Notes: generated from the sequence alone by a model not told the origin. 64,000 nt of DNA from the human T2T-CHM13v2.0 reference genome, Homo sapiens (GCF_009914755.1 NC_060926.1), one strand, 5' to 3'. Counted from the first letter of the stretch, positions 44,406-59,538 are shown. Made by a program: numbers and translations.

Positions 44406-44612
44406 ATTTTAACTAAAAAGGATTAAAATCCACAAAATAAACTTTTACATGTATGGTGAATCAATTTCTGAAAATGGGGCCAAGACAATTCGAAGAGAAA
44501 AAGCATAGTCTTTTCAACAAATGGTGCTGGGGCATTTGCATAGCCACATGAAGAAGGAAAAAGTTAGACCCGTTTCTCACACCAGACACAAAATCTACAA
44601 AAATTGGATCAC

Positions 44613-44742
44613 AGACCTAAATATAAGAACTAAAATTATAAATCTCCTAGAAGAAAATATATAAATATATATGTATATAAGACCTCAATATGAGAAAATT
44701 ATAAATCTCCTAGAAGGAAATATATAAATCTATATCTGTATG
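44613..44742. repeat. ~65-bp tandem duplication in old L1
   Basis: agacct-aatat-aga...aaaattataaatctcctagaag-aaatatataaat occurs twice (44613, 44680). Confidence 0.9.
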
Positions 44743-46195
44743 ATTTTTGGTTACATAAAGCCTTTTTAAATACAACACCAAAAGCATAATCAACAAAAGA
44801 AAATATACAAAATTGGGTTTAAGATTCATTGTGCTTCAAATGATATGACATTAACAAAGTGAAAAACACCATGGAAATAAAAATATTTAAAAATAATATA
44901 TTTGATAAAGGAAGGACTTTTATTTAGAATATGTGAAAATTATTACAACTCAATAATAAAACAATTTTTGAAAATGTGTAAAAAATGTGCATAGACATTC
45001 CTCCAGAGAAGATATACAAATGGCCAAATGCACATGACAAGATGCTCAATATCATTAGACATCAGGGAAATGCAAATTAAAATCATAATCTTACAGCAAA
45101 TCAAAACCATAATCTTCCCACCCACTAGAATGGCTAGAGAATAAAAAGTGTCAGCAGATAGTAAAAAGTGTTAAAAAATTGAAACCCTTGTATAATCCTG
45201 GTGAGAAATGAAAATAGTGCAGCCACTTTGGAAAGCAGTCTGTTAATTCCTCAAATGTTATACATGGAGTTATCATATAACCCAACAATTTCACTCCTGC
45301 TATATCTCAAGATAAACGAAAATATATATTCACACAAAAATGTGTGCACAAAAGTTTGTAGCAGCACTATTTACAATACCAAAAAGTGAAAACAAACCAA
45401 ATGTCCATGTACTGATAAATGAAGAAAGTATGTAATATTCATACAATAAAATATTTTTTGTTTTTTGTCTTTTTATTTTTTAAGTTTTTGTGAGTACATA
45501 GTAGATGTATATATTCATGGGGTCAAGAGATGTCTTGATACAGGCATGCAACATGAAATAAACACATCATGGAGTATGTGGTATCCATCCCTTCAACCAT
45601 TTATCCTATGAGTTACAAACAATCTGATTACATTAGTTATTTTAAAATATACAATTAATTTACTATTGATTATATTCACCCTGTTGTGCTATCAAATAGA
45701 AAGTCTTATTCATTCTTTCTAATTTTTTCTACACATTTACCATCCCCACTTTCCCACTATCCCCGCCACACCCTTCCCATCCTCTGGTGACCATCCTTCT
45801 ACTCTCTATGACCATGAGTTCAATTGCTCTGATTTTTAGATTCCACAAATAAGTGAGAACATGCAATGTTTGTCTTTCTGTGCCTAGATTCATTCACTTA
45901 ACATAAGAATCTCTAATTCCATCTGTGTTGTTGCAAATGACTGGATCTCATACTCTTTTATGGCTGAATACTACTCTCCATTGTGTATGTGCTACCACAT
46001 TTTCTTTATCCATTTATCTGTTGATGGACATTTAGGTTGCTTACAAATCTTAGCCATTGTGAACAGTGCTGCAACAAACACAGAAGTGCAGATAACTCTT
46101 TGACATACTGATTTCCTTTTGGGGGGTATATACCCAGCAACAGGATTGCTGAATTGTATGGTAGCTCTGTTTTTAGTTTTTTGAGAAACGTCCTA

Positions 46196-46375
<180 letters not shown>

Positions 46376-47152
46376 TTACGTTCCTACCAACAGTATACAA
46401 GGGTTGACTTTTCTTCACATTCTCGTCAGCATTTGCTGTTGCCAGTCTTTTGGATATCAGCCATTTTAACTGGGGTGAGATGATATCTCATTGTAGTTTT
46501 GATTTGCATGTCTCTGATGATCAGAAATGTTGGGCACCTTTTCCTATGCCTGTTTGCCATTTGTATGTATTCTTTTATGAAATGTCTGTTCAAATCTCTC
46601 ACCCATCTTTTGATCAGATCATTAGATTTTTTTTGCCATAAAATTGTTTGAACTCTTTATGTATTTTGGTTATTAATTCCTTGTCAGAAGGGTAGTTTTT
46701 GAATATTTTCTCCCATTCTGTGGGCTGTCTCTTCCCTTTGTTGGTTGTATCCTTTATTGTGCAGAAACTTTTTAACTTATGTTATCTCATTTGTGTCCAT
46801 TTTTGTTTTGGTTGCCTGCACTTATGAGGTATTGCTCAAGAAATTTTTGCCCAGACCAATGACCTGGTTGTTTTTCCCAGTGTTTTCTTGTGATGGTTTC
46901 ATGGTTTGACATCTTAAATTTAAATCCACTTTGACTTTATTTTTGTATATGGAGAGAGATAGGAGTCTAGTTTCATTCTTTTGCACATGGATATCCAGTT
47001 TTCCTAGCACCATTTATTGAAGAGACTGTCTTTTCCCCAGTGTAGATTCTTGGCACCTTTGTCAAAAGTAAGTTTACTATAGGTGGGTGGATTTGTTTCT
47101 GGGTTCTCTATCTGTTCCATTGGTCTATGTGTCTGTTTTAATGCCAGTACCA

Positions 47153-47438
47153 GCCGGGCACGGTGGCTCACGCCTGTAATCCCAGCATTTTGGGAGGCTG
47201 AGGTGGGCAGATCATCTGAGGTCAGGAGTTTGAGACCAGCCTGGACAACATGGTGAAACCCCGTCTCTACTAAAAACACAGAAATTAGCCGGGCGTGGTG
47301 ATGCGTGCCTGTAGTCTTAGCTACTAGGGAGGCTGAGACAGGATGATTGCTTGAACTCAGAGGTTGCAATGAGCCGAGATTGCACCACTGCACTCTAGCC
47401 TGGGCAACAGAGTGAGACCCTGTCTCAAATAATAATAA
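47153..47438 (+). mobile_element. AluS (Sx-like)
   Basis: Dimeric Alu with gatcatctgaggtcaggag. Perfect TSD taatgccagtacca (47139-47152 / 47439-47452). Confidence 0.96.
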
Positions 47439-50400
47439 TAATGCCAGTACCATTCTGTTTTAGTTACTGTAGCTGGGTAGTATAATTTGAAATCAGGTAA
47501 TGTGATTCCTCCAGTTTTGTTCTTTCTGCTTAGGATAGCTTTGGGTGTTCTGAGTCTTTTGCAGTTCCACATAAATTCTAGGGCTGTTTTTTTGTTTGTT
47601 TGTTTGTTTTCTATTTCTGTGAAAAATGTTATTGATACTTTATAGGGACTGCATTGAATATGTAGATTGCTTTGGGTAGTATGGATATTTTAACACTACT
47701 GATTCTTCCAATCCATGAACATGAAGTATCTTTTCATTTTTTATTGTCTTCAATTTCTTTTATTAGTGTGCTATAGTTTTAATTATAGAAATCTTTCACT
47801 TCTTTGGTTAATTCCTAGGAATTTAATTTTATGTGTGGCAATTGTAAATGAGACTACTTTTTTATTTCTTTTTCACATTGTTCACTGTTGGCATATAGAA
47901 ACGCTACTGATTTTTATATGTTGGTTTTGTATCCTGCAACTTTACTAAATCTGTTTATCAGTTCTAATAGCGTTCTTGTGGAGCCTTTGGATTTTTCCAA
48001 ATATAAGATCATATCATCAGTAAACAAGAATAATTTGACTTATTTTCCAATTTGAATGTTCTTTATATCTTTCTTCTATCTGATTGCTCTAGATAGGACT
48101 TCCAATACTATGTTGGATAACAGTGGTAACAGTGGGCATCCTTGTCATGTTCCAGATCTTAGAAGAAATAGTTTCAATTTTTTTCCTTATTCAATATGCT
48201 ATTAGCCGTGGGTCTGTCATACATGGCTTTTATTACATTCGGATATGTTCCTTCTATCCCGTTTTTTGAGGATTTTTATCATGAAGTGACATTGAATTTT
48301 ATCAAATTCTTTTTAGCATCAATTTAAATAATCATATGGTTTTTATTCTTTATTCTGAAGATATGATGTAGCACCTTGATTTGTGTGTGTTGAACCATCC
48401 TTGCATCCCAGGGATAAATACCACTTTGTCCTGATGAATGATCTTTCTAATATATTGCTAAACTCAATTTACTAATATTTCGTTATTTTGTTGAGGATTT
48501 TGGCATAAATATTCATCAGAGATATTGGCCTGTAGTTTTCTTTCTTTTTTTTTTTTTTTTTTGGATGTATCTCTGTCTTGTTTTGATATCAGGGTAATAC
48601 TGGCCTCATAGAATGAGTCTGGAAGTATCTTCTCTTCTATTTTTTGGAATAGTTTGATTTGGATTGGTATTAGTTCTTTAAATGCTTGGTAGAATTCAGC
48701 AGTGAAGCCATCAGCTACCTGGATTTTCTTTACTGGAAGACTTTTTATTAGGGCTTCAATCTCATTACTCATTATTTATCTGTTCAGGCTTTAGAATTCT
48801 TCCTGGATCAATCTTTGTAGGTTGTGTGTGTCTAAGAATTTATCAAGGAATTTGTCCAGTTCTTCTAGATTTTCCAATATATTGGCATACAGCTACTCAT
48901 AGTAGCCACTAATGATTCTTTGAATTTCTGCAGTATCAGTTGTAATGTCTCCTGTTTCATTCGTGATTATCTTTTTTTTATCTTCTCTCTTTTTTTCTTG
49001 GTTACTCTGTCTAAACATTTGTCAATTTTGTTTAATTTTCCAAAAATCAACTTTTAGTTTCATTGATCTATTGTGTTGTTTATTTCAATTTCCTTTATTT
49101 CTGCTCTGATCTTTATTATTTTTTTTCTTCTACTAATTTTGGGTTTAGTTTGCTCTTGCTTTTCTAGATGCATCATTAGATGGTTTATTTGAAGATTTTC
49201 CTCTGTTCAGATGCATGCACTTTTAGCTATTAACTTTCCTCTTAGTAGCTTTAGCTGTAACCCATAGGTTTTGGTATGTTGTGTTTCCATTATCATTTCT
49301 TTCAAAACATTTTTCCATTTCCTTCTTAATTTCTTCATTGACTCACTAGTCTTTCAGGAACATATTGTTTAATTTTCATGTATTTATGTAGTTTTTAAAA
49401 TTCCTTAATTCCTTAATTAAATTATTTTCAGTTTTATTCCATTGTTTTCAGAGAAGATGCTCAATATTATTTCAATATTTTTGAATGTTTTAAGGCTTGC
49501 TTTGTGACCTTACATATGGTATATCTTTGAGAATGATCCATGTGCTAAGGAAGAAAATGGGTATTCTGCAGTTCTTGGATGAAATGTTCTGTAAATGTCT
49601 ATTAGATCCCTTTGGTCTATAGTGCAGATCGAGTCTGATGTTTCTTTGTTGATTTTCTGCCTGGAAGATCTATCCAATGCTGAAAGTTGGGAGCTGAAGT
49701 CTCCAGCTTTTATTGTATTGTTATTATGCTTCTCTTTAGCTCTAATAATTTTCTATTATATATCTGTGTGCTTTAGTGTCGGGTACATATATATTTAAAA
49801 TCGTTATATCCTCTTGCTGAATTCACTGCTTTATCATCATGTAGTGACCATCTTTGTCTTTTCTTACAGTTTTTGTCTCAAAAACTAGGCATTTAATTTT
49901 ATGTGTGGCAATCTTATGCAAGTATAATGATGCCTGCTCTTGTTTTCCATTGGCATGGAATATCTTTTACCATCCCTTTATTTTCAATCTATATGTGTCT
50001 TTATAGGTGAAGTATGTTTCTTCTAGGCAACAGACCAATCGGTCTTGTTTTTTTTAATCCATTAAGCCAGTCTATGTCTTTTGATTGGAGAATTTATGCC
50101 ATTTGCATTCAATGTTATTATTGATAAGTAAGAACTTACTCCTGCCATTTTGTTATTTGTTTTCTGGTTGTTTTGTGGTCTTCTCTTCCTTCTTCCATTC
50201 CTGTCCTCTAGTGAAGATGATTTTCTCTGGTGGCATGATTTAGTTTCTGGATTTTTATTTTTTGTTTATCCATTGTATGTTTTTTGGTTTGAGGTTACCA
50301 TGAAGCTTGCAAATAATATCTTATAAACTAGTATTTTAACCTAACAATTTAACAGTATTTTGATAAACAAGCAAGCAAAAAAGGAAAACTAATAAAACCT

Positions 50401-53033
50401 CACTTTAACTTAATCTCCTCACTTTTTAAATTTTCGTTGTTTCTATTTATATCTTATTGTATGGCCTATAACTTGAAAAGTTGTTGTGGTTATTATTTTT
50501 TATTGGTTCATCATTTAGTCTTTCTACTTAGGATAAAGTTACTTTACACACCACAGTTACAGTGTTGTAATATTCTGTTTTTCTGTGTAACTACTATTGC
50601 CAGTAAGTTTTTTACCCTCAGGTGGTTATTTATTGCTCATTTGTGTCCTTTTCTTTCTGGTTGAAGTACTCTCTTTACCATTTCTTGTAGGATGGCCCTG
50701 GCATTGATGAAATCCATCAGCTTTTGTTTGTCTGAGAAAATCTTTAATTTGCCTTCATGTTTAAAGGATATTTTCACCAGATATACTATTTTAGGGTAAA
50801 AGTTTTTCTCCCCCTCAGTTCTTTAAATATATCTTGCCATTTTTTCCTGGTCTATAAGGTTTCCACTGAAAAGCCTGCTGCCAGATGTGTTGAAGCTCCA
50901 TTGATGTTATTCGTTTCTTTCTCTTGCTGCGTTTAGGATCTTTTCTTTATCCTTGACCTTTGGGAGTTTGACCATTAAATTCCTTGAGGTAGTCTTCTCT
51001 GTGTTAAATCTGCTTGGTGTTCTATAACCTTCTTATACGCGAATATTGATATCTTTTTCTGGGTTTGGGAAGTTTTCCATAATTATCCAATTGAATAAAC
51101 TTTCTACACCTATCTCTATCTCTACCTCCTCTTAAATAACAGCAATAACTCTTAGATTTAGCCTTCTGAGGCTATTTTCTAGGTCCTGTAGGTGTATTTC
51201 ATTGTTTTCTATTCTTTTGTTTGTTTTGTCTCCTTTAACTGTATTTTTAAATAACCTGTCTTTAAGCTCACTAATTCTTTCTTCTGCTTGATTTATTCTG
51301 CTATTAAAGGACTCTGTTGTATTCTTCAGTATGCTAATTGCATTTTTCACCTTGAGAATTTCTGCTTCTTTTTAATTATTTCTATGTCTCAGTTAAATTT
51401 CTCTGATAGAATTCTGAGTTCCTTTTCTGTGGTATCTTGAATTTCCTTGATTTTCCTCAACACAGCTATTTTGAATTCTCTGTCTGGAAGGTCACATAAA
51501 TCTGTTTCTCCAAACTTATAGTGCTTTATTTAGTTCATTTGGAGTAGTCATGTTTCCCTGGATGGTACTGATGCTAGTAGATAGACTTCAATGTCTTGGC
51601 ATTGAAGAGTTAGTATTTATTATATTCTTCACAGTCTGGGCTTATTTGTAGCTGTTCTTCCTGAGATGGCTTTCCAGTTACTTAAAAAAGTTTGGGTGTT
51701 GTAATCTAAGCTATATCTGCCTTAGGGTGCACCCCCAAGCCTAGTAATGCTGTGATTCTTGCAGTCTCACAGAGGTACTGCTTAGATGGTCTTGGACATG
51801 ATCAGGGAGAATTCTCTGGATTACCAGGCAGAGACTCTTGTTCTTTCCCTTACTTTCTTCTAAACATACAGAGTCTCGGTCTCTCTTCCAAGTCACCTAA
51901 AGCTGAGGGTGTAGTAACATAGGCACCCCTGTGGTCATCACCACTATGACTGTACTGGGTGAGACCTGAAGCCAGCACAGCACTGGGTCTCACCCAAGAC
52001 CAGCTGTAACCACTCCCTGGCTACTGTCTAGGTTCACTCAAAACCCTGGGGCTCTACAATCAGAAGGTGGCAAAGCCAGCCAGGCCTGTGTCCTTCTTTT
52101 TAGAGTGGTGAGGTTCTGCAGGCCCTGGGTGGGTCTAGAAGTTGTCCAGGAGTCAGGGACTAGAGTCAAAAATGTTAGAGGTATACCTGGTATTCTATTG
52201 TATTGTGGGCCTGGAACATGGGCCTCTTGACTGTGACTGCGGCCCTATCCTGCTGTGGCTGAGCTGCTATCCAAGATGCAAGACAAAGTCCTTCCCCTCT
52301 TCCTTCTCCTCTCCTCAAGTGACAGGAAGGGGTCCCTTTTGGAGTCATCAACTGTGCAGCATGCGGTTAGGAGAGAGGTGATGCCAGCACTCCCTTGGTT
52401 GCTCTAGCTGGTGTCTCAGTAGGTCGCATGCACCCCCAGTCCACTGTCTTTTGGCCTAGTTCAGCCCTAGGGCTTGACCACAACTTGCAGTCTTTATGGT
52501 CTAGACTGCCTTTCAAGTTTACTTAGAGACCAACAGTACATTATCCCTAGGTGGTGAGGTTTGGAGGCACTCAAGTTCAAGTTCAGACCACTAGGATCGG
52601 TGATTCCCCTCTCACTAGGGCTCATTTAAATGCTCCCTCTGTGGGGAGGCATCAGCTGAGTTGGTCCCATTTTCTTTATGTTCTCACAGGACAGCACTGA
52701 GCTTACTGCCTCACAATTGCTGTATTCTACCTCCCCTAATGCCCAGAGATGCTCTCTGCATCATGCTGCTGCCAGGGGTTGGGGAGGGCTAGTGTTGAGG
52801 ATTCAGGACTATTTTTTCTATCCCTTCAGTGCCTCTTTCAGTGATATGAGGTTGAAACCAGGTACTGTGAATGCTCACCTGAATTCTGGTTCTTATGAAA
52901 GTGGTTTTTTTCTGTGTAGATTGTTGTTAACGAAGTGTCCTTGCAGGCAGTATGATCAGTGGAGCTTTCTATTCTGCCATCTTGCTCTGCCTTTCCCTGT
53001 GAAATATTTGAAAATAAAAAACAAACACTGATA

Positions 53034-55402
53034 CTAGCATACCTTGTTTTATTTTGTTTCACTTGGTTACACTTTACAGATATTATAATTTTTTTGAAAT
53101 TAAGGGTTTGTGGCAACCTTGCATTGTACAACTCTATCTATTGGTGCAGTGTTTCCAACAACATGTGCTCACTTCATGTCTGTGTTTTACATTTTGGTAA
53201 TTCTCACAATATTTCATATATTTTCATTATTATTATATCTATTATGGTTATCTTGATCAGTGATCTTTGATATTAGTGTTGTAATTGTTTCTTTACCAAT
53301 TACATGTAATCGATAAAGAGTGTGTGTATTTTGAAAGATCAACCAATTGGCCATTCTTCCATCGCCTCCCCTCACCTTGGGCTTCCCTATTTCCTCAGAC
53401 ACAAGGATATTGAAATTAAGCAAATTAATGACCTTGTAGTGTCTTCTACATGCTTACATAAAGAGTTACACGTGTCTCACTTTAAATCAAAAGCTAGAAA
53501 TGATTATGCTTAGTGAAGAAGGCATGTCCAAAGATGAGACAGGCCAAAAGCTAGGCCTCTTGTGCCAGACAGTTAGCCAAGTTGTAAATGCAAAGGAAGA
53601 GTTCTTGAAAGAAATTAAAATTGCTACTCCAGTGAACAGATGAATAAAAAGAAAGCAAAACAGATTAATTGCTGATATACAGAAGGTTTTAATGGTCTAG
53701 ATAGAAGATCAAACCAACCATAACATTCCCTTAAGCCAAAGCCTAATCTAGAAGAAGGCACTAACTCTGTTTCATTTTGTGAAGGCTGAGAGAGTGATGA
53801 AGCTGAAGAGGAAAAGTTAGAAGCTAGCAGAGGTTGGTTTGCGAGGTTTATGAAATGAAGCCACCTTCATAACATAAAAGTACAAGGTGAAACAGCAAGT
53901 GTTAAGGTAGAAGCTGCCGCAAGTCATTCAGAAGATCTAGCCAAGGTCACTGACAAATGTGGTTACACTTAACAGATTTTCTATGTAGATAAAATAGCCT
54001 TATGTTGGAAGATGATGCCATCAAAAACTTTCTTAGCTAGAGAAGATAAAAGTCAATGCCTGGCCTCAGAGTTTCAAAGGAAAGGCTGACTCTCTTGTTA
54101 AGGGCTAATGTGGCTGATCTGGTAACTTGTGAAGGTAAAGCCAATGCTCAGTTACCATTCCATAAATCCTAGAGCCCTTAATAATTACGCTAAATCTACC
54201 CTGTCTGTGCTCTATAAGTAGAATAAAGCCTGGATGACAGCATGATTTACTGGATATTTCAAGCTCATTTTTGTCATTACTGCTCAAAATATATATATAT
54301 TTCTTTTAAAATATTATTGCTCATTGACAATCCACCTGGTCACCAAAAGCTCTGATGGGAAGGTACAGGGATATTAATGTTATTATATTTTCATCCCTGC
54401 TAACACAACATCCATTCTGCATCACATGCATCACGGAGTAATTTTGATTTTCAAGTCTCATTGTTTTAGAAATACATTTTATAGAGGGATAGCTGCCATG
54501 GATAGTGATTCCTCTGATGCATCTGGACAAAGTCAATTGAAAACCTTTGAAAAGGATTCACCATTTTAGATTCCATTAAGAACATTTGTGATTCCTTCAA
54601 GAAAGTAAAAATATCCACATTAACAGGAGTTTGGAAGAAGTTGATTCCAACCCTCATGGATAACTTGGAGGGATTCAAGACTTCAGTGAAAGAAATAACT
54701 ACAGATGTTTTGGAAGTAGCAAGAGAGTTAGAATTAGATGCTAAGCCTGAATATATGATGGAATTGCTGTAATATCATAATAAAACTTGAATGAATAAGG
54801 AGTTGCTTCTTATGGATGAACAAAGAAAGTGCTTTCTTGAGATGGAGTCTACCTCTGGTAAAGATGCTTTGAACATTGTTGATAATAAGGAATAAAGAAT
54901 ATTACATAAATGTAGATGATAAAGGAGCAACAGAGGTTGAGAGGATTAACTCCAATTTTGAAAGAAGTTCTACTATAGGTAAAATGCTACCAAACAGTAT
55001 TGCATGCTACAGAGAAGTCTTCCATGAAAGCAAGAATCAATCAATATGGCAAACTTTATTGTTGTCTTATTTAAAGAAACTGCCACAGCCACCCCAATCT
55101 TTATCAGCCATCACTCTGGTCAGTCAGAAGCCATGAACATCAAGGGAAGACCCTCCGCCAGCAAAAAGATGACAACTCTCTGAAGGCTCTGATGATCATT
55201 ACCATTTTTAACAAGGAAGTATTAAGTAAGGTATGTACATTTTTACATAATTTTGTTGCACTCTTAGTAGACTACATTATAATATAAACACAACTTTTAA
55301 ATGCACTGGGAAACCAAAAGTTTATGTGACTTGCTCTATTGTGATATTCACTTTATTGTGGATGTCTGGAACTGAACCTGCAACATCTCTAAGGTATGCC
55401 TG
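53034..55402 (+). mobile_element. Full-length Tigger1 (pogo-like), transposase disrupted
   Basis: TA-flanked TIRs ctagcatacct (53034) and aggtatgcctg (to 55402). Transposase remnants [19 protein letters not shown] (~53477) and KILLLIDNPPGH (~54308-54343). Multiple in-frame stops. Confidence 0.95.
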
Positions 55403-55859
55403 TATATTCTATGACATGGATGATTCTCAGAAACGTTAAGTGTTAAAAGACAGTCATAAAATATCACATAATGTATGGTTTCAATCTTATGAAATGTCCA
55501 GGATAGCCGAACATATAGAAAGAGAAAAGTAGATTAATGGTTACCCTGGACTGCAATACAGGAGTTATTGCTAAGACACAGGGAGCCACTGCTAAAAGGT
55601 TTTCTTCTGGGATGTTGAAACACTAAAATTTATTGTGGTAATGATCCTACAACTTTGTGAATACACTAAGAATGCTTAAAATGTACATATTAAGTGCATG
55701 CATAGGCTTTTTTGATATATAAAGTATATATCGATAAAGTTGTTAATAAGAAAAAATGTGCAACCACAGTATGTATGTGTATATATATTTCTCTGGGTGC
55801 AATGGATATGGAAGAACACACGTTTAACTAAGGGTTTTACCAGGTCATAAGTAATTATA

Positions 55860-58550
55860 TGAGATCCACTCTTTAATTACAGCAATTATTAAACACATTA
55901 TAACTCCTAGACAGACTAGTATAACACCTCACCCTAATGTACTTTTACCTCAGTTCCTAGTACCTGATACATCATGTATGGCTTTCAACCAAAAATTATA
56001 AGGCATGTTAAAAGGCAAAGGAAGAAAACACACACAAAAAAATCAGTCTGAAATGAAAAAGCAAGCATCACAACCAGACTAGATATGGCAATATTTTGGA
56101 ATTATCAGATGGAATTTAAAATTATTCTAACTCATATATTAAGGGCTCTAAAGGAACAAGAAAATAACATGCAAAAACAGATAAGAAATATAAATACAGA
56201 AATGGACACCCTAGTAAAGTATCAAATAAAATGTTTGTGTTTAATGGGCTCATCAGTAGACTAGACACAACTGAGAAATTTATCAACTGACACTTCCCAA
56301 ACTAAAATACAAAGAGAAAAAAAAGAACAAATAAGGAGAACAGAACATTCAAGAACTGTGGGACAACTTCAGAGGTATAACACAGTTATAAATGGAATAC
56401 CAGAAGAAGAAAAAGAACAGAAGAAATGCATAAAGTGATAATGACCAATTATTTCCAAACCACAGATCTAAGCCAAGAATAAATGCAAAAAAAAAAGTTT
56501 CATCTGAGTATATCCTATGCAAACTGCAGAAAACTGACGACAAAGAAAAAAAATCTTAAGCACCCAGGAGATGAGGGACACACATTGCCTGTGAAGAAAC
56601 AAGGACATTAATTACAGTGGACTTCTTGTAAGAAATCATAAATTCAAGAGAGTTGAGTGAAATAGTTAAAGAGGTGAAAAAAAAAATAGCACCAACCTAG
56701 AATTCTCCATCCAGTGAAATTTTTCTTCAAAATTGTAGACAACAAAGATGTTCTCAAACAAAAACTGAAGAAATTTATTGCCCACAGACTTACTCCACAT
56801 GAACTGTTAAAGGAAGGTTTTCAGGCACAGACAAATTATATCAGACTGAATCTTGGATCTACACAAAGAAATAAAGAGGATAGAAAATTGACAAAATGAA
56901 AGAATTTTTTGTAGTTGCATTAAAAGATAACTGTCTTAAAGTACAAAGAGTAGCTATATACTGTTTTTAACATATAAAAACTAAAAGGTTTAACATGATA
57001 GCACAGAGGACGAAGGAAGAAAATGGAAATAAAATGTAGGTCATTCAACTACACATAAACCAATATGATAATATTTCACAACAGACTGATTACATTTATA
57101 TAGATAAATGATAGATAAATAAATAGATAGATAGATAGACATAGATATGGAACAACTAGAAAAGAGCTAGCAAAGTGGTAACATTTAATTGTATTAGTAG
57201 TTATATTTAGTGTGAATGCTCTAAATAGGCCAATTGTAAAATACCGATTATCTGAAAGAATACAAAAGTAAGACTCCACTATATGTTTTTTTCCAAGATA
57301 CTCACTTTAATATCAAATAGATTAAAAGTAAAAGAATGGAGAAAGATAATGCCATGCAAACAGTGAACAAAAGAAGGTTAAGAATATTAATGTTAGATAA
57401 TGTAAAGTAGACTTTATAATAAGGCATATTATCAGGGCTAATTAAGGATATTACAAGATTGTAAAAGTGAATTCTGTAAGAAGACATAACAATTCTTGAT
57501 GTGTATACTCAATACAATATATCTTAAAAATAATTGAGGGAGGAAATGACAGAACTAAAAGGAGAAACAAGTAAATCTGTAATTACAGTTGGATAGTTCA
57601 ACACTTCACTCTAAGTAATTGATAGAAAAAGTAGACAGAGAATCAGTATGAATATAGAAGACCTCAGTAACCCTATCAACCAATAAACCTACTTTAACGT
57701 TATAGAACACACTACCCAACAACAGAAAAATATACATTTTTTCAAATGTGCGTGCAACATACACTAAGGCCATATTTTGAGCCAGTAAACAAGCCTTAAC
57801 AAATTTAAAAGAATACCAATCCTACAAGGCATATCTGTCTATAATTATAATAAAGTAGAAATTAATAACAGCTTGGATACCTCAAATTAAATAATAAATT
57901 AAATAATACATTTGTAAATAACTCATGGGTCAAAGGAGAAGTCAAAATAAATTAAAATATTTTGAGCTTAATAAAAATTTAAATACAGCATATCAAAATG
58001 TGTAATATATGGTTAAAGTAGTACTTAGATGGAAATTTATAACTTTAAGTGTTTATATTAGAGAAGACAAGTCTTAAATCAATAACCTAAGCTTCTCCCT
58101 TTAAAAAAAGCATACAAGGAAAAGAGAAGCAAATTAATACATGATTTTACGGCATATAATTCACAGTTTATATTTAACAGATTGCAGAATTCAAGGTCAA
58201 TATACAAAAGTTGATAATATACCTATATATCACCATAAAAAATAGGAATTTAAATTTTAAAAAAATTTATAATAGTATTTAAAAATGAAATAGATATATA
58301 GCTAATGAAAGGAGTGTCTATATAATAAACACTACACACCATTAATGAAAGAAATCAATTTAGATATAAATAAAGGAAGAGTTATACTGTCTTTAAAGAT
58401 AAAAAGACAATATTTTTAAGGTCCTAGTTCTCCATAATTGGCTCTATAGATTTAACACCAATCTTAACAAAAAAGCCAGGAATCTGTTTTTTACATATCA
58501 ACAAACTGGTTCTAAAATTTCTGGGTATAGGTAAACTAATTAGAATATAT
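55860..58550 (+). mobile_element. Old L1 (L1MC/MD-like): ORF1 and deleted ORF2
   Basis: tggctttcaaccaaaaattataaggcatg; ORF1-like attcaagaactgtgggacaacttc and ccaacctagaattctccatccagtg; EN region 57190-58100, then a jump to later ORF2 at ~58140. Confidence 0.75.
57099..57146. repeat. (GATA)n-like microsatellite
   Basis: tagataaatgatagataaataaatagatagatagatagacatagata. Confidence 0.85.
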
Positions 58551-58630
58551 TTTAATATAAAATATTATATTTATAATGGATTTCAAATTAGATAACCTAA
58601 TCATTTATTGTACATATTTAAAGACAGTAG

Positions 58631-58895
58631 AGTTCAGCTGACCCTGAATGTTGAGCTACATATGTTCATGTACTTGTATATGTTTTTGTATTTATAAATG
58701 TATAATTTTGCCAAGTTCTAATTCTTGAAAACACTAATTTTCCCAAGTGCAGAAATTTCAGCTATGAATTTCAAATGTGAGATTTGGTGTAATACAAAAG
58801 GTCAGATGCCATAAAATCAGCATTTTTTTTACATTCAAAAATTTCAAACACAATTTTCTAGGCTCAGTAAACACGAAACTAGAGAGGCCGACTGT
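58631..58895. mobile_element. Possible ancient Tigger-type MITE remnant
   Basis: Ends cagctgaccct (58631) and agaggccgactg (to ~58894) resemble Tigger-family TIRs; interior not recognised. Confidence 0.35.
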
Positions 58896-58956
58896 GCCTC
58901 AAACTTCTGTTTGAGATTTGTTGTTTATTTATATGTTTATTCATTTTAATGACATA

Positions 58957-59331
58957 CGGTGGGCCTCAATGCAGGTTATACATCTGCAGGTTCAATCAAC
59001 CAAGAATTGAAAATGTTAGAAGAAGAAGAAAGAGGAGGAAGAGGTGGAGGAGGAGGCAGAAGAGGAGGAGGCAGTGGCAAAAGAAAGAGGTAACAACTCA
59101 ATAAAAAATAACACAAATACAAATATAGTATAATAACTCTTACATGGTATTAGATATTATAAGTAATCTAGAAATGATTTAAAGTAAACAGGACATTGTG
59201 CATAGGTTAGATGCAACTTCTGTGTCATTTTGTGTAACAGACTTGAGCATCCACAGACTTTGGTATGGTGGGTTGGGGATTGCGGGTTGGATTCTGGAAC
59301 CAATCCCCCATGGATAAGTGAGAAGAGACTG
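58957..59331 (-). mobile_element. MER2 (Tigger-family MITE) with a GA-rich expansion at 59019-59090
   Basis: tattataagtaatctagaaatgatttaaagta...gacttgagcatccacagactttggtat...ctggaaccaatcccccatggata...gactg. TA flanks on both sides. Confidence 0.9.
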
Positions 59332-59538
59332 TATTAAGTTGTGTCCTAGGAGATGCCTGGAATATTCTTTCTTCATCATATTCCTGGAGTTCCTCTGAGC
59401 TCTTAAAGAATTGCCATAACTGGAAGTCTTTTTTGAACTATATTTGTAGTTCAATTGGGATTACTCAATCAGCAAGCTCAAAATAACAAAGGTAGCTTAA
59501 AATGGGAGTTTACTGTCTCAGACAATATAAATTTCAAA

